Positions 1 to 9,442 of a stretch of DNA of 22,786 bases are shown one piece after another (the first letter of the stretch is position 1; every line of letters starts with the position of its first letter). A program made the position numbers and the translations under genes. The notes under the pieces are model-generated. The model worked only from the letters and a program-made list of their open reading frames with translations. It did not search any database and was not told where the DNA came from. The stretch comes from a virus (lineage: Duplodnaviria > Heunggongvirae > Uroviricota > Caudoviricetes), in IMG/VR virus record IMGVR_UViG_2547132281_000007, positions 1-22,786 of that record. One strand, 5' to 3'.

Positions 1-258
1 ATGCAAACCGTTATTTTTGGTCGTTCGGGTTGCCCTTACTGTGTGCGTGCAAAAGATCTGGCTGAGAAATTGAGCAATGAACGCGATGATTTTCAGTATC
101 AGTATGTAGATATTCGTGCGGAAGGGATCACTAAAGAAGATCTACAACAAAAGGCAGGTAAACCCGTAGAAACCGTGCCGCAGATTTTTGTCGATCAGCA
201 ACATATCGGCGGCTATACCGATTTTGCTGCATGGGTGAAAGAAAATCTGGACGCCTGA
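1..258 (+). CDS. grxA: glutaredoxin 1
   Basis: 85-aa ORF beginning MQTVIFGRSGCPYCVRAKDLA with the CPYC active-site motif; recalled as near-identical to E. coli GrxA. ATG at position 1, stop at 256-258. Confidence 0.93.
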   Translation: MQTVIFGRSGCPYCVRAKDLAEKLSNERDDFQYQYVDIRAEGITKEDLQQKAGKPVETVPQIFVDQQHIGGYTDFAAWVKENLDA

Positions 259-267
259 TCGTCTGAC

Positions 268-300
268 AAGCCCTCGCGTTGAGGGCTTTACTGATTTTTT
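268..300 (+). terminator. putative Rho-independent terminator downstream of grxA
   Basis: GC-rich inverted repeat aagccctc / gagggctt (268-288) followed by a T-run ending at 300; it lies between the convergent grxA and ybjM ends. Confidence 0.45.
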
Positions 301-665
301 CTGTGCTGTGGTTTAAACAAACTACTGATAAATAAGAAACACAGTGCCCCCAGCGCACACCAGAACACCGCGCTTAGTAACCATGCCAGCTCTTGCCAGA
401 ATGAGCGCGTCGGTGAAAAAAACAGCCGCATAATGAGCATCGAACAGGGTGCCGCCAGCATTGCGCCAAACAGAGGTTTCAGGACTTCTCTACGCTGTGA
501 AAAGAAGCTGGCGACTGCTCCAGGAAGAATGAAAAATAGCAAGCCGATTTCAGGATGCCCGGCAGCCCGAAAAGCGCCTTTCATGTGCGTCGCCAGAAAA
601 AGGCACACCACAATGAAGAGGACAAAACAGCAGATTGCCCCCGCCCAACGTTGTTTATGTTTCAC
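288..665 (-). CDS. ybjM: inner membrane protein YbjM-like
   Basis: 125-aa hydrophobic ORF with several predicted TM segments, placed between grxA and ybjL as in the E. coli K-12 gene order. Identity rests on synteny and length, not on sequence recall. Confidence 0.7.
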   Translation of the reverse strand: MKHKQRWAGAICCFVLFIVVCLFLATHMKGAFRAAGHPEIGLLFFILPGAVASFFSQRREVLKPLFGAMLAAPCSMLIMRLFFSPTRSFWQELAWLLSAVFWCALGALCFLFISSLFKPQHRKNQ

Positions 666-934
666 TCGTTCCTCCTGACACTGCGTCTATCGAACACATT
701 TTTCGCCAGTGTGGCGTTCAGTAAGATAAAGCCGCTTCGCATTCCATGCTAATATAGGCCAACGCAATTCATATAGCCGTTGATACCTAATGTGATTACA
801 CTAGTAAAATATATTGTTACTTTACTATCGTTTAGGTGCGCTGAATGAATCTGCGCCCTGAATTCTGGTAAAAAACATTATCGTAAATTACCATTTCTTT
901 CAACAGCTTACTAGTAAACAAGAAGTTAGCCTCC

Positions 935-2620
935 GTGAATATAAACGTCGCCGAATTGTTAAATGGGAATTACATTCTGTTATTATTTGTGGTCCTCGCG
1001 CTTGGGCTATGTCTCGGAAAGTTACGACTTGGTTCGATCCAACTGGGTAATTCCATTGGCGTTTTAGTCGTATCGCTGTTATTAGGCCAACAACATTTCA
1101 GCATTAACACCGATGCGCTTAATCTTGGCTTTATGCTGTTTATTTTCTGCGTCGGGGTCGAAGCCGGACCGAACTTTTTTTCCATTTTTTTTCGCGATGG
1201 GAAAAATTACCTAATGTTAGCACTGGTGATGGTTGGCAGTGCGCTGGTGATCGCCTTAGGGTTAGGTAAGCTGTTTGGCTGGGATATTGGCCTGACGGCC
1301 GGTATGTTAGCAGGCTCTATGACGTCGACACCGGTTCTGGTCGGTGCTGGCGATACACTGCGTCATTCCGGCATGGAAAGCAGGCAGCTCTCACTGGCAC
1401 TGGATAATCTGAGCCTCGGGTATGCCTTAACCTATTTAATCGGTCTGGTGAGTTTGATTGTTGGTGCGCGTTACTTGCCGAAATTGCAGCATCAGGACTT
1501 ACAGACCAGCGCCCAGCAAATCGCCCGCGAACGTGGCCTGGACACTGATGCCAACCGTAAGGTTTATTTACCGGTGATCCGCGCCTATCGCGTCGGCCCG
1601 GAACTGGTGGCCTGGACCGACGGCAAAAATCTGCGTGAACTGGGTATTTATCGACAAACCGGCTGCTACATTGAACGTATTCGACGTAACGGGATTCTGG
1701 CAAATCCAGACGGTGATGCCGTGCTACAAATGGGCGATGAAATAGCGTTGGTAGGCTATCCCGACGCCCATGCCCGACTCGATCCCAGCTTCCGTAACGG
1801 TAAAGAAGTTTTCGATCGTGACCTTCTCGACATGCGTATCGTCACTGAAGAAGTGGTCGTTAAAAACCATAACGCTGTAGGTAAACGTCTCGCACAACTG
1901 AAGTTGACCGATCACGGTTGCTTCCTTAACCGCGTCATTCGTAGCCAGATTGAGATGCCGATAGATGACAACGTCGTGCTTAACAAAGGTGACGTTTTAC
2001 AAGTCAGCGGCGATGCCCGCCGCGTAAAAACCATCGCCGATCGCATCGGCTTTATCTCGATTCACAGCCAGGTCACTGACCTGCTGGCATTCTGCGCCTT
2101 CTTTGTTATTGGGCTGATGATCGGGATGATCACCTTCCAGTTCAGCACATTCAGTTTCGGCATGGGGAACGCTGCCGGGTTGTTATTCGCCGGAATTATG
2201 CTGGGCTTTATGCGTGCTAACCACCCGACCTTCGGTTACATTCCGCAAGGTGCATTAAGCATGGTGAAAGAGTTCGGCTTGATGGTGTTTATGGCAGGCG
2301 TTGGTCTGAGCGCCGGTAGCGGTATTAATAACGGCCTGGGCGCGATTGGCGGTCAGATGTTGATTGCCGGATTAATTGTCAGTCTTGTGCCCGTGGTTAT
2401 CTGTTTCTTGTTCGGTGCTTATGTATTGCGAATGAACCGCGCACTGTTGTTCGGCGCAATGATGGGCGCACGCACCTGCGCGCCGGCAATGGAGATCATC
2501 AGTGATACAGCTCGCAGTAACATCCCTGCGCTGGGCTATGCGGGCACCTACGCAATCGCCAACGTCCTGCTGACGCTGGCAGGGACAATCATCGTCATGG
2601 TATGGCCAGGATTAGGATAA
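935..2620 (+). CDS. ybjL: putative AAE-family transporter YbjL (two membrane domains flanking TrkA-C/RCK-C-like domains)
   Basis: 561-aa ORF with a GTG start, beginning [33 protein letters not shown]. Hydrophobic N- and C-terminal halves around a soluble central region; recalled as matching E. coli YbjL in sequence and length. Confidence 0.92.
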
Positions 2621-2732
2621 AACTGAAGTTGCCCTGAAAATGAAATTTTTTTGCACAACCGCAGAACTTTTCCGCAGGGCATCAGTCTTAATTAGTGCCA
2701 CTGCTTTTCTTTGATGTCCCCATTTTGTGGAG

Positions 2733-2778
2733 CCCATCAACCCCGCCATTTCGGTTCAAGGTTGATGGGTTTTTTGTT
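2733..2778 (+). terminator. putative Rho-independent terminator (host side, downstream of ybjL)
   Basis: 10-bp stem cccatcaacc / ggttgatggg (2733-2742 and 2760-2769) followed by TTTTTTGTT. The reverse strand has no U-run, so it is orientated for + strand transcripts. Confidence 0.45.
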
Positions 2779-2855
2779 GCCTGAAATTTAAGCTGTTTAA
2801 AATCATGATGTTAGAAACACTGTTTTTTAACGATGGCGACAAAATGGCGGCAGCG

Positions 2856-3074
2856 TCAAAGAGAGAGCGCCACCTGTCCTGATTTCATTGGATGCGGCTG
2901 AACCGGATTTGACTCTTTTGGCGTTGCAATCGAACGAACAAAAGTTTCATGGGTAACAAAAGTATGGCTGCAGTTAATGTTCTGGCACTGGTTGTAACGC
3001 TCTTTGGTCAATGAAGATACCTGAAAACTGCTGCGAGTATGGGCGGCACTTCCACACAGTGGGCAAATCATCAT
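2856..3074 (-). CDS. ogr: Ogr/Delta/B-family zinc-finger late-gene transcription activator
   Basis: 72-aa product MMICPLCGSAAH...YNQCQNINCSHTF with the CxxC...CxxxxC zinc-finger pattern, recalled as aligning with P2 Ogr (MFHCPLC...). Start chosen by homology at 3074; the longer ORF to 3107 has a GTG start and no RBS. Confidence 0.8.
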   Translation of the reverse strand: MMICPLCGSAAHTRSSFQVSSLTKERYNQCQNINCSHTFVTHETFVRSIATPKESNPVQPHPMKSGQVALSL

Positions 3075-3164
3075 TTTTCGAGTTCTCCCCATTTTTGCTA
3101 AATTCACAATAATGATACCGCATTATTCCATTTTGCAAACTTAAAAGTTCTCCATTGCGAAGAA

Positions 3165-4265
3165 TCATTCCATTTCGAAATCATCAATCCTCACTTCAAG
3201 CTCCAGACTGGTTGTAAAACCGTTATCGGGGCTGACGGTATGCGTCAGAGTCGTAATGGTCCATTCCGCATCATCTATCGGCTGTTTAAAGCCACTGACT
3301 TTCACTGGCATTTCCGTGTAGAGATCTGCCCGACCTTCTGCCAGTTGTAGCGAGAATGACGCAACGCCGCGTTGCAGGCGTTCCCACTGCATTTTCGCCG
3401 TCCGTTCGGCGTTGCTCCGGTTGGCATAGGTGCGATTAAGTACCAGCACGTTTTCATCCGTACCCACCAGGTAATCGCCCTGCTTCGCTTCCGGCTCTTT
3501 CTTCTGCTTCTTAGTTCTGCGCTTACGCTTCACCGTGGTGCTTTCTTTCTTCGCAGGTTCGCGGGTATGCAACCAGCTGGCAATTACGCCCGTGTAGGCT
3601 CCGCGATCTGCCAGGGTAAATCGGTGACTGTCGCCGTCCTTGCGTGTGATAGTGATCACTGGCAGAGGTTTACCAGTGGCGCTTTTGCCCTGCCCCTGCC
3701 GGATGAATAACAGATTGCCATTTTTCACCGACGCGATGGCACCGTACTGTCGCGCCAGCCGCATCAGAAAACTGCCGTCACTCTCATTAGTCTGGTCTAT
3801 ATGCTCCACGGGCTTATCCGACAGGTCTTTACCCAGTGCCATCTTCAGCTTGTGCCGCGCGGCTATTTCCTTCACCACTTCCCCGACGGTGGTCTTATGC
3901 CACGATTTTTCACGGCGGGTATTCAGCGTTTCCCGAAAATCAGCACTTCGCGCCCGGATAGTCAGGCGGTCCGGTGCGCCAGTGTGTTCAATCTCGTCCA
4001 CCGTGAATGCTCCTTTCGGGAAAAGCGACTGCCCCTTCCAGCCCAGCGCCAGCGTAATGACCGCACCACGGCGCGGCAGCACGATTTTTCCGTCGGCGTC
4101 GTCCAGCTCCAGATCAAGCTGGTCCGCTTCAAAGCCCCGATTGTCCGTCAGCGTCAGACTCATCAGGCGGTTATCCAGCACAGTGGTGATATCCTTACCC
4201 TCAATACTGATGCTGAATGCCGGAGTTTTGTTGCCTTTGTTAAGCAGTTCAGAGCTGAAATTCAC
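3165..4265 (-). CDS. P2 gpD-like tail protein
   Basis: 366-aa ORF with motifs LTLTDNRGFEADQLDLELDD and FTVDEIEHTGAPD, recalled as characteristic of P2 gene D product. Overlaps the upstream U gene by 4 bp. Confidence 0.9.
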   Translation of the reverse strand: MNFSSELLNKGNKTPAFSISIEGKDITTVLDNRLMSLTLTDNRGFEADQLDLELDDADGKIVLPRRGAVITLALGWKGQSLFPKGAFTVDEIEHTGAPDRLTIRARSADFRETLNTRREKSWHKTTVGEVVKEIAARHKLKMALGKDLSDKPVEHIDQTNESDGSFLMRLARQYGAIASVKNGNLLFIRQGQGKSATGKPLPVITITRKDGDSHRFTLADRGAYTGVIASWLHTREPAKKESTTVKRKRRTKKQKKEPEAKQGDYLVGTDENVLVLNRTYANRSNAERTAKMQWERLQRGVASFSLQLAEGRADLYTEMPVKVSGFKQPIDDAEWTITTLTHTVSPDNGFTTSLELEVRIDDFEME

Positions 4266-4741
4266 GACAGCAGCCCTCCCACCGTTTTACTGATATCGCT
4301 TAAGGCAGACGTTGTCGTATCCTGCAAATTATTCAGCTGCGCACTGAGATCACCGAACATATCGGACAGGGATTCATCCACCCGTTTGAGCGACAGGGTG
4401 AACTCAATCCGGCGCGGCATACCATCGCGGAAAAACTCCGTTTTAGTCTGATTCAGTCCCTCAATCACATACATGCCGTAAATCGTGCCGCTGCCTTCAA
4501 TCAGGGGCCATGCTTTCCCCTGTTCTGCCATCTGCTCCAGTGCCAGCAACGACAGCCTGCCGCCTGTTATTTCCGGCATAAGAACACCGGAAAGCGTCAG
4601 CATGTCGTTTTCCGGTCCCAGAAACTGCGTGGACGGACGTCGGTTTACCCGACTGTTTGCCGCATGTCGCCAGCTGCGTTGATACTGCAGTTCCTGATAC
4701 GGAACGGTGCGCAGCATAAACACGTACAATCCCAGCACCAT
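4262..4741 (-). CDS. P2 gpU-like tail protein
   Basis: 159-aa ORF MVLGLYVFMLRTVPYQELQ...; size and sequence recalled as matching P2 gpU, with translational coupling to D. Confidence 0.88.
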   Translation of the reverse strand: MVLGLYVFMLRTVPYQELQYQRSWRHAANSRVNRRPSTQFLGPENDMLTLSGVLMPEITGGRLSLLALEQMAEQGKAWPLIEGSGTIYGMYVIEGLNQTKTEFFRDGMPRRIEFTLSLKRVDESLSDMFGDLSAQLNNLQDTTTSALSDISKTVGGLLS

Positions 4742-4782
4742 CAGCCTGGAAAAGAAATCCGAGTTCTAATCGCTGGAGAAAA

Positions 4783-5040
4783 TTGCCTGATGGAACCATC
4801 ATTCAAATGGGAATATCAGCATCAGGGCCATTAGGCTCACCTGTAAATATCACCCTGCCGATATCTTTCAGCAATACCAATTATTGTGTTGTTGCATCGT
4901 ACGATAATGCACGGTCAGGTGTGTCAACAATGGTTAGTTTTGCAGCGTTACCTGTTTCACCATCGCAATTTTCCCTGATGTCATCTGTGACTGAGCAAGG
5001 AATAAATCCTTTTGCTTACTGGATTGCTTTTGGAGATTAA
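4783..5040 (+). pseudogene. orphan tail-fibre C-terminal cassette (alternative variable domain, 5'-truncated)
   Basis: Open frame from 4720 (TTG start annotated at 4783), on the opposite strand to the tail genes and immediately followed by a tail-fibre-assembly gene. It has no N-terminal shaft domain and no upstream crossover site; the product resembles distal tips of phage side tail fibres. Confidence 0.5.
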
Positions 5041-5043
5041 TAA

Positions 5044-5463
5044 ATGGATAGATACTTCTATTCACAAAAAGAAAATGGTTTTTTTACCGATTTAAATAAA
5101 GCACCTTCAGATGCTGTTGAGATAACCACGGATGAATGGCTGTTACTACTGGATGGTCAGGATAATGGCATGAAAATAGTCAGCAATCAGGAGGGATATC
5201 CGGTTTTGACAGAGCAACCACCTTTATCAAAAGAAAACCTTATTGCATTGGCGGATTTGAAAAAAAGAAAACTTATTAATGAAGCCAACGAGCACATGAA
5301 CAGCAGACAATGGCCAGGTAAAGCGGCTATTGGTCGTCTGAAAAGTGAGGAACTGGCGCAATATAATTTATGGCTGGATTATCTGGACGCACTGGAACTG
5401 GTTGATACCTCCAGTGCGCCAGATATTGAATGGCTTACGCCTCCGGCAGTTCAGGCCAGATGA
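5044..5463 (+). CDS. tail fibre assembly protein (alternative cassette, Tfa/U' type)
   Basis: 139-aa ORF with the C-terminal motif LVDTSSAPDIEWLTPPA typical of Tfa chaperones; sits 3 bp after the orphan fibre tip and converges on and overlaps G. Confidence 0.7.
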   Translation: MDRYFYSQKENGFFTDLNKAPSDAVEITTDEWLLLLDGQDNGMKIVSNQEGYPVLTEQPPLSKENLIALADLKKRKLINEANEHMNSRQWPGKAAIGRLKSEELAQYNLWLDYLDALELVDTSSAPDIEWLTPPAVQAR

Positions 5464-6040
5464 CATCCGGCGCGGTGCTGGTATCTGTTGCAGTCACCGC
5501 GTCAATGTAATCCAGCACGGCGTTAAGTCGGGTTGTTTCTGTCTGCGTCAGTTTACGTGCGGCCTGCAATTTCAGCTGAATCAGACTGATGGAAGCCATT
5601 GCAGCATCAATCAGTGACTGACGCTGTGCTTCTGCCGCGTCTACTGCGGCGCTATGCTGTGCCTCAGTATCGGTCACCCATTTCTCACCATCCCATTTAT
5701 CGTATGGCGTTAATGGGGCGATAGTGGTTGTATTTTCAGGGTAATCACCCGGAACTGTGATTTCTTTGGTATCTCCCGTTTCGGTACTATAGACAACTTC
5801 ACCGCGATGGTCTGGCACATATTCCCATGAGTTTAAATCTGCCGAACGACAGATTGCATAACCAGCTTTATGTGTACCTGGTGCATCCAGACAGGAACAT
5901 GCCGGGATACCGACGCCGACAGCGAGATATTCAGTTGATGTAGAAATATATTCCCGCGTTTCACCATCATAATTATAAACGGTAATATCTCCCGCTTTTA
6001 TGGCAATGAGTTCGCTATTTAATACAGCTTTATTCATCAT
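5435..6040 (-). CDS. tail fibre assembly protein (P2 gpG-like)
   Basis: 201-aa ORF with the Tfa C-terminal motif DTSTAPDVIWPELPEA; immediately downstream of H with a 4-bp overlap. Confidence 0.85.
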   Translation of the reverse strand: MMNKAVLNSELIAIKAGDITVYNYDGETREYISTSTEYLAVGVGIPACSCLDAPGTHKAGYAICRSADLNSWEYVPDHRGEVVYSTETGDTKEITVPGDYPENTTTIAPLTPYDKWDGEKWVTDTEAQHSAAVDAAEAQRQSLIDAAMASISLIQLKLQAARKLTQTETTRLNAVLDYIDAVTATDTSTAPDVIWPELPEA

Positions 6041-7593
6041 GCGGCCCTCACAATATAATTAAAAGCGATGTTACGAGGACGAGTTTCTGTACCTACATTT
6101 TCACTAATTTCACCATAACGTTTAACACTACGAGAGCTAAGAGCTCGTAGTGAGGAAGGCACCTTAAGACCGGGTTCGTCCGTTTTAACTATTCCCCCGT
6201 CACCGTATGTAGCCAGTATTCCTGGGTTTACGCCTTCCCGTGCACTTCCTGCGGCGAGTCCGTCCCCTGTCCATAATTCCATATAGTGTGCATGGTCCAA
6301 AATTGTGTGTGGCTGCCAATTAAGCAAAGCGCGACCAGTATCAATCCCGCGACCGTCATCCCAGCCACGAATAAATTCACCGCGTAAATCAGGCAATTTA
6401 TTGGTCGGGTAAGCCTTTGCCAGTTCCGGGTATTCTTCAGCAGAAAAAGCCGCACCATTGCATTTCAGCCAGCCTGTCGGCGGAGTGGCTGAAGGCCACG
6501 GAACAGGCACCCCAACCGGTAATGCAGAGCCTTCTCCCAAACCAAGGTATGTGAGAAGACCAGCTACATCCTTTCCACTCAAATTGGTAAGCGTATTGTC
6601 CAGCGGTTGTTTACCTGCCAGCGCATTAAGCATTGTCGTGGCAAAGTTCGGATCATTCCCCAGTGCCGCCGCCAGTTCGTTCAGTGTATCCAGTGCCGCA
6701 GGTGCAGAACCCACCATTCCTGCAATCGCCGATTTCACAAATGCCGTGGTGGCAATTTGTGTATTGTTGACCGACTGTGCCGCAGTAGGTGCGGTTGGCG
6801 TTCCGGTGAGTGCCGGACTCGACAGCGGCGCTTTCAGTGCCAGCGCATTGTTAATGGTGGTACTGAATTTCGGATCATTGTTAATGGCTGCGGCTATTTC
6901 TTTCAGCGTGTCCAGCGTGGCTGGCGCACCATTAATAAGAGCCGTCAGAGCCGCCTGAACAAACTCGGTGGTCGCAATCTGCGTGGTGTTATTCCCTGCT
7001 GCTGGCGTTGGCGCTTTGGGTGTCCCGGTAAACGTCGGACTTTCTTTGGGTGCATACTGTGAATGCGGGTCCGGTGCGGCAAGATGTTTTGCCATCTGAT
7101 CATCCGCGTACACCTTCAGCTCCAGTGCCTTGTCATCCACATACTTGCGGGTTGCCAGCACTACAGCAGGGTCGATTTTCAGGGTGATATTGTCCGTGCT
7201 GCTGGTAATCAGCACCATGCGCACGGTCTGAGTGCGCCCGCTACCTTCAGCCAGTTGCGGCTTATAGCTTTCCGGGCAGTTGCCCACGGCAATCAATGCC
7301 CCGGACTCATCAAACAAGCCCACTTCACGTATCCACCAACCGCCCTCGTTTTCAGGGATCACCTGTTCGGCAATAATCTGGCTGCTGTTCTGCGGGTCGA
7401 TATAAAGCATATTCAGCGCAGCCCGGCGTTTCTCATTTACCAGTGCCGTCTGCTTTGCGTCCGGCGTTGGCAATACTCCACCGCCATCGCCCACCGCCAT
7501 ATGGGTAATTTTTAGCGGCACACCGAGCGCGGCGGCGCTGGCAAGTTTCGCCGCGCCAATATCCGTCAGCAGGGTATAAAATTTTGTGCTCAT
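6037..7593 (-). CDS. tail fibre protein (P2 gpH-like)
   Basis: 518-aa ORF with a conserved P2 H-like N-terminus (MSTKFYTLLTDIGAAKLA...), internal tandem repeats (NTTQIATTEFV / NNTQIATTAFV) and a divergent C-terminal receptor-binding region. Confidence 0.9.
   Translation of the reverse strand: MSTKFYTLLTDIGAAKLASAAALGVPLKITHMAVGDGGGVLPTPDAKQTALVNEKRRAALNMLYIDPQNSSQIIAEQVIPENEGGWWIREVGLFDESGALIAVGNCPESYKPQLAEGSGRTQTVRMVLITSSTDNITLKIDPAVVLATRKYVDDKALELKVYADDQMAKHLAAPDPHSQYAPKESPTFTGTPKAPTPAAGNNTTQIATTEFVQAALTALINGAPATLDTLKEIAAAINNDPKFSTTINNALALKAPLSSPALTGTPTAPTAAQSVNNTQIATTAFVKSAIAGMVGSAPAALDTLNELAAALGNDPNFATTMLNALAGKQPLDNTLTNLSGKDVAGLLTYLGLGEGSALPVGVPVPWPSATPPTGWLKCNGAAFSAEEYPELAKAYPTNKLPDLRGEFIRGWDDGRGIDTGRALLNWQPHTILDHAHYMELWTGDGLAAGSAREGVNPGILATYGDGGIVKTDEPGLKVPSSLRALSSRSVKRYGEISENVGTETRPRNIAFNYIVRAA
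6532..6557. other. candidate Hin/Gin/Cin-family invertase crossover site inside the tail fibre gene
   Basis: 26-bp imperfect palindrome TTCTCCCAAACC-AA-GGTATGTGAGAA (12-2-12, AA core), matching recalled hixL TTCTTGAAAACCAAGGTTTTTGATAA at 20 of 26 positions. It encodes ...TYLGLGEG... at the expected constant/variable junction of H. Confidence 0.5.
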
Positions 7594-8195
7594 GGATTCA
7601 CTCTCATTGTGTCAATAACATGGACCGCCCCGCCTTCATGCGCGGTGCCACCGGAAATAATCGTTTCGTTGATATACGGATAGATCGTGATTTCTTCGCC
7701 AAGATAGCTGGCGGCTCCCACCCAATGCGGGCCGCTGGTCTGCAGATTGATGGACATGCCGATCATGTGGCGGCTACATGGTTTGGCATCGCTTATCAGT
7801 CGCTCAAGTTCCAGATAGGTATCTTCAGTGATGCCCTGGTCCTGCACGCCGATATCCAGGCGAAACGTGCCCGGTGTTTCTCCGGTCTGCCACCACTCAA
7901 TAATGCGGATCAGGAATCCGAACGGCTCCACCACCCGCCGCACGGCACTGGTGGTCCCTTTATGCTGATGAATATAAAAAGCATCCTTCACCACCTGGCG
8001 CTTGACGCTTTCTGTCCAGCCCTCGTCCCAGCGATCCACAGAGAACGCCCAGGCGAGATAAGGCAGGAAACTGACCGGACAGGTTGCCGGATTCCACAAG
8101 TCACGAAGCGGCACCTGCAGATCAGAAATCCCGCTGCAGGTTTGCGCCAGTCGGCGCTCCAGTGGTGTTGAACCCGGTGGCAGCAGACTATTCAT
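7590..8195 (-). CDS. baseplate assembly protein (P2 gpI-like)
   Basis: 201-aa ORF with LPYLAWAFSVDRWDEGW and GTFRLDIGV motifs, recalled as matching P2 gpI; 4-bp overlap with H. Confidence 0.88.
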   Translation of the reverse strand: MNSLLPPGSTPLERRLAQTCSGISDLQVPLRDLWNPATCPVSFLPYLAWAFSVDRWDEGWTESVKRQVVKDAFYIHQHKGTTSAVRRVVEPFGFLIRIIEWWQTGETPGTFRLDIGVQDQGITEDTYLELERLISDAKPCSRHMIGMSINLQTSGPHWVGAASYLGEEITIYPYINETIISGGTAHEGGAVHVIDTMRVNP

Positions 8196-9096
8196 CCGTT
8201 CCTCCGTTGGTTACGCTCCACTGCGTACATGATGCCGCCTGTGTTTTGTTCAGGACCACATCCGCCAGAGGAGAAGCCAGCTCCACACGCTGCACCCCCT
8301 CAACATGCAGGGCGGCAAAGATGGCGCTACGGCGAATATCCCGACCAAGACGCGTCTGACTGGCGATGTACTTCTGCAGGCTGGCTTTTGCCGCTGCCAT
8401 TACCGGCTCTGCTTCCGGTCCAGGATAGAGAAAAATGGTGGCTTCCACGCGATACGGGATGATTTCTGCGCTGCGAACCGTAAGACGGTCAGCCACCGGG
8501 CGGACGTTCTCACTGTTCAGAGCTTTTTCCACCACGTCCAGCAGGTCTTTTTCTGCAGTTCCATCGCCTTCGCGGCTAAGGACAGTCAGCACCACCTCTG
8601 CAGGTGCCGGGCTGGTTGCACTGGCATCCGCCACCCGACCGTCGGCGCTTCGGGCATGAAATTCATAAGCTGCAGTTGGCCCCGCAACAGAAAGCCCTTC
8701 AAAGGCTGCAGGCACACGCAGGCGCAACGCTTCATCGCTTTCCATCACAGCTGCAACGGGCGGCACAGCATCATTATCAGCAGGCGTCACCGTCAGGCGT
8801 GTCACGTTGTAGTTGGCAGCGAGCTGGTCAAGATCGCCGCCCATCGCGTAAGCCACCATCACCGCCTGCGCGGCTTCGTTAATGCGCTGGCGCAGAAGCA
8901 ACTCACGGTAAGCGTTCTCCTGCAACAATTTAGTGGCGGGTTCAGATTCCAGTTCCAGCGTGCGGATCACTGCTTCCTGCTCATCTTTCGGATGAAGCGC
9001 CACAAATTCTGCCTTGCGTTCGGCAAGCAGCGTCTCAAAGTCCGGCACATCCACAATCTGCGGTGCAGGCAACTGCGAAAGGTCAATCACTGCCAT
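8188..9096 (-). CDS. baseplate assembly protein (P2 gpJ-like)
   Basis: 302 aa from the ATG at 9096 (MAVIDLSQLPAPQIV...), preceded by a GGAG RBS; aligns in recall with P2 gpJ (MPIIDLNQLPAP...). The longer ORF to 9135 has no support. Confidence 0.88.
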   Translation of the reverse strand: MAVIDLSQLPAPQIVDVPDFETLLAERKAEFVALHPKDEQEAVIRTLELESEPATKLLQENAYRELLLRQRINEAAQAVMVAYAMGGDLDQLAANYNVTRLTVTPADNDAVPPVAAVMESDEALRLRVPAAFEGLSVAGPTAAYEFHARSADGRVADASATSPAPAEVVLTVLSREGDGTAEKDLLDVVEKALNSENVRPVADRLTVRSAEIIPYRVEATIFLYPGPEAEPVMAAAKASLQKYIASQTRLGRDIRRSAIFAALHVEGVQRVELASPLADVVLNKTQAASCTQWSVTNGGTDE

Positions 9097-9442
9097 TCTC
9101 TGCTCCTGTTGATACGGAAAGGGACACAGGCACACCGTTATTCCGCCGCCCGGTCAGCTCCACCACCATAGAACCGTCAAAGTTGCTGTTGATGGTGATG
9201 GAATCCAGCGTCAGCCGTGGCTCCCAGCGACTCAGCGCCACATACACTGCCGACATGACCTGCAGGCGTAATGCCGGATTTTGTGGCTGATCTATTAAAA
9301 CCGACAGGAGGGAACCATATTCCCGGCGGGCAATGCGGCTACCCTGCGGTGTCAGCAGAATGTCCCGCACCGACTGGCGCAGATGATCAATATCAGTAAT
9401 GACTTTGCCGCTGGTATTGTTCATCCCGCTATAAAGCGTCAT
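9083..9442 (-). CDS. baseplate protein (P2 gpW-like)
   Basis: 119-aa ORF MTLYSGMNNTSGKVITDIDHL...GSRIARREYGSLL, recalled as matching P2 gpW; the 3' end overlaps the J start. Confidence 0.88.
   Translation of the reverse strand: MTLYSGMNNTSGKVITDIDHLRQSVRDILLTPQGSRIARREYGSLLSVLIDQPQNPALRLQVMSAVYVALSRWEPRLTLDSITINSNFDGSMVVELTGRRNNGVPVSLSVSTGAENGSD

Noticed and set aside
2733-2769. tRNA-like appearance (GGTTCAAGG, acceptor-like pairing) near the prophage junction
   Set aside because: The pairing arms are immediately adjacent (a simple hairpin) with no cloverleaf, D-arm or anticodon arm; it is better explained as a terminator.
3372-4451. Long plus-strand ORFs (3372..3710, 3640..4293, 3801..4451) overlapping genes D and U
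   Set aside because: They are antisense to well-supported tail genes, their products are Arg/Ser/Pro-rich and low-complexity, and they have no RBS. These are shadow ORFs.
4763-4779. Possible second (left) invertase crossover site at the U/fibre-cassette junction
   Set aside because: Only the outer TTCT...AGAA ends resemble the site in H. The AAACC/GGTTT core-proximal bases are missing and the length is wrong. At most a remnant; not reported as a feature.
6458-8171. Plus-strand ORFs (6458..6958, 6607..7062, 7063..7515, 7584..8171) across H and I
   Set aside because: Antisense to the H and I genes; compositionally biased (Cys/Arg-rich or Ala-rich) translations typical of the reverse frame of GC-rich coding DNA.
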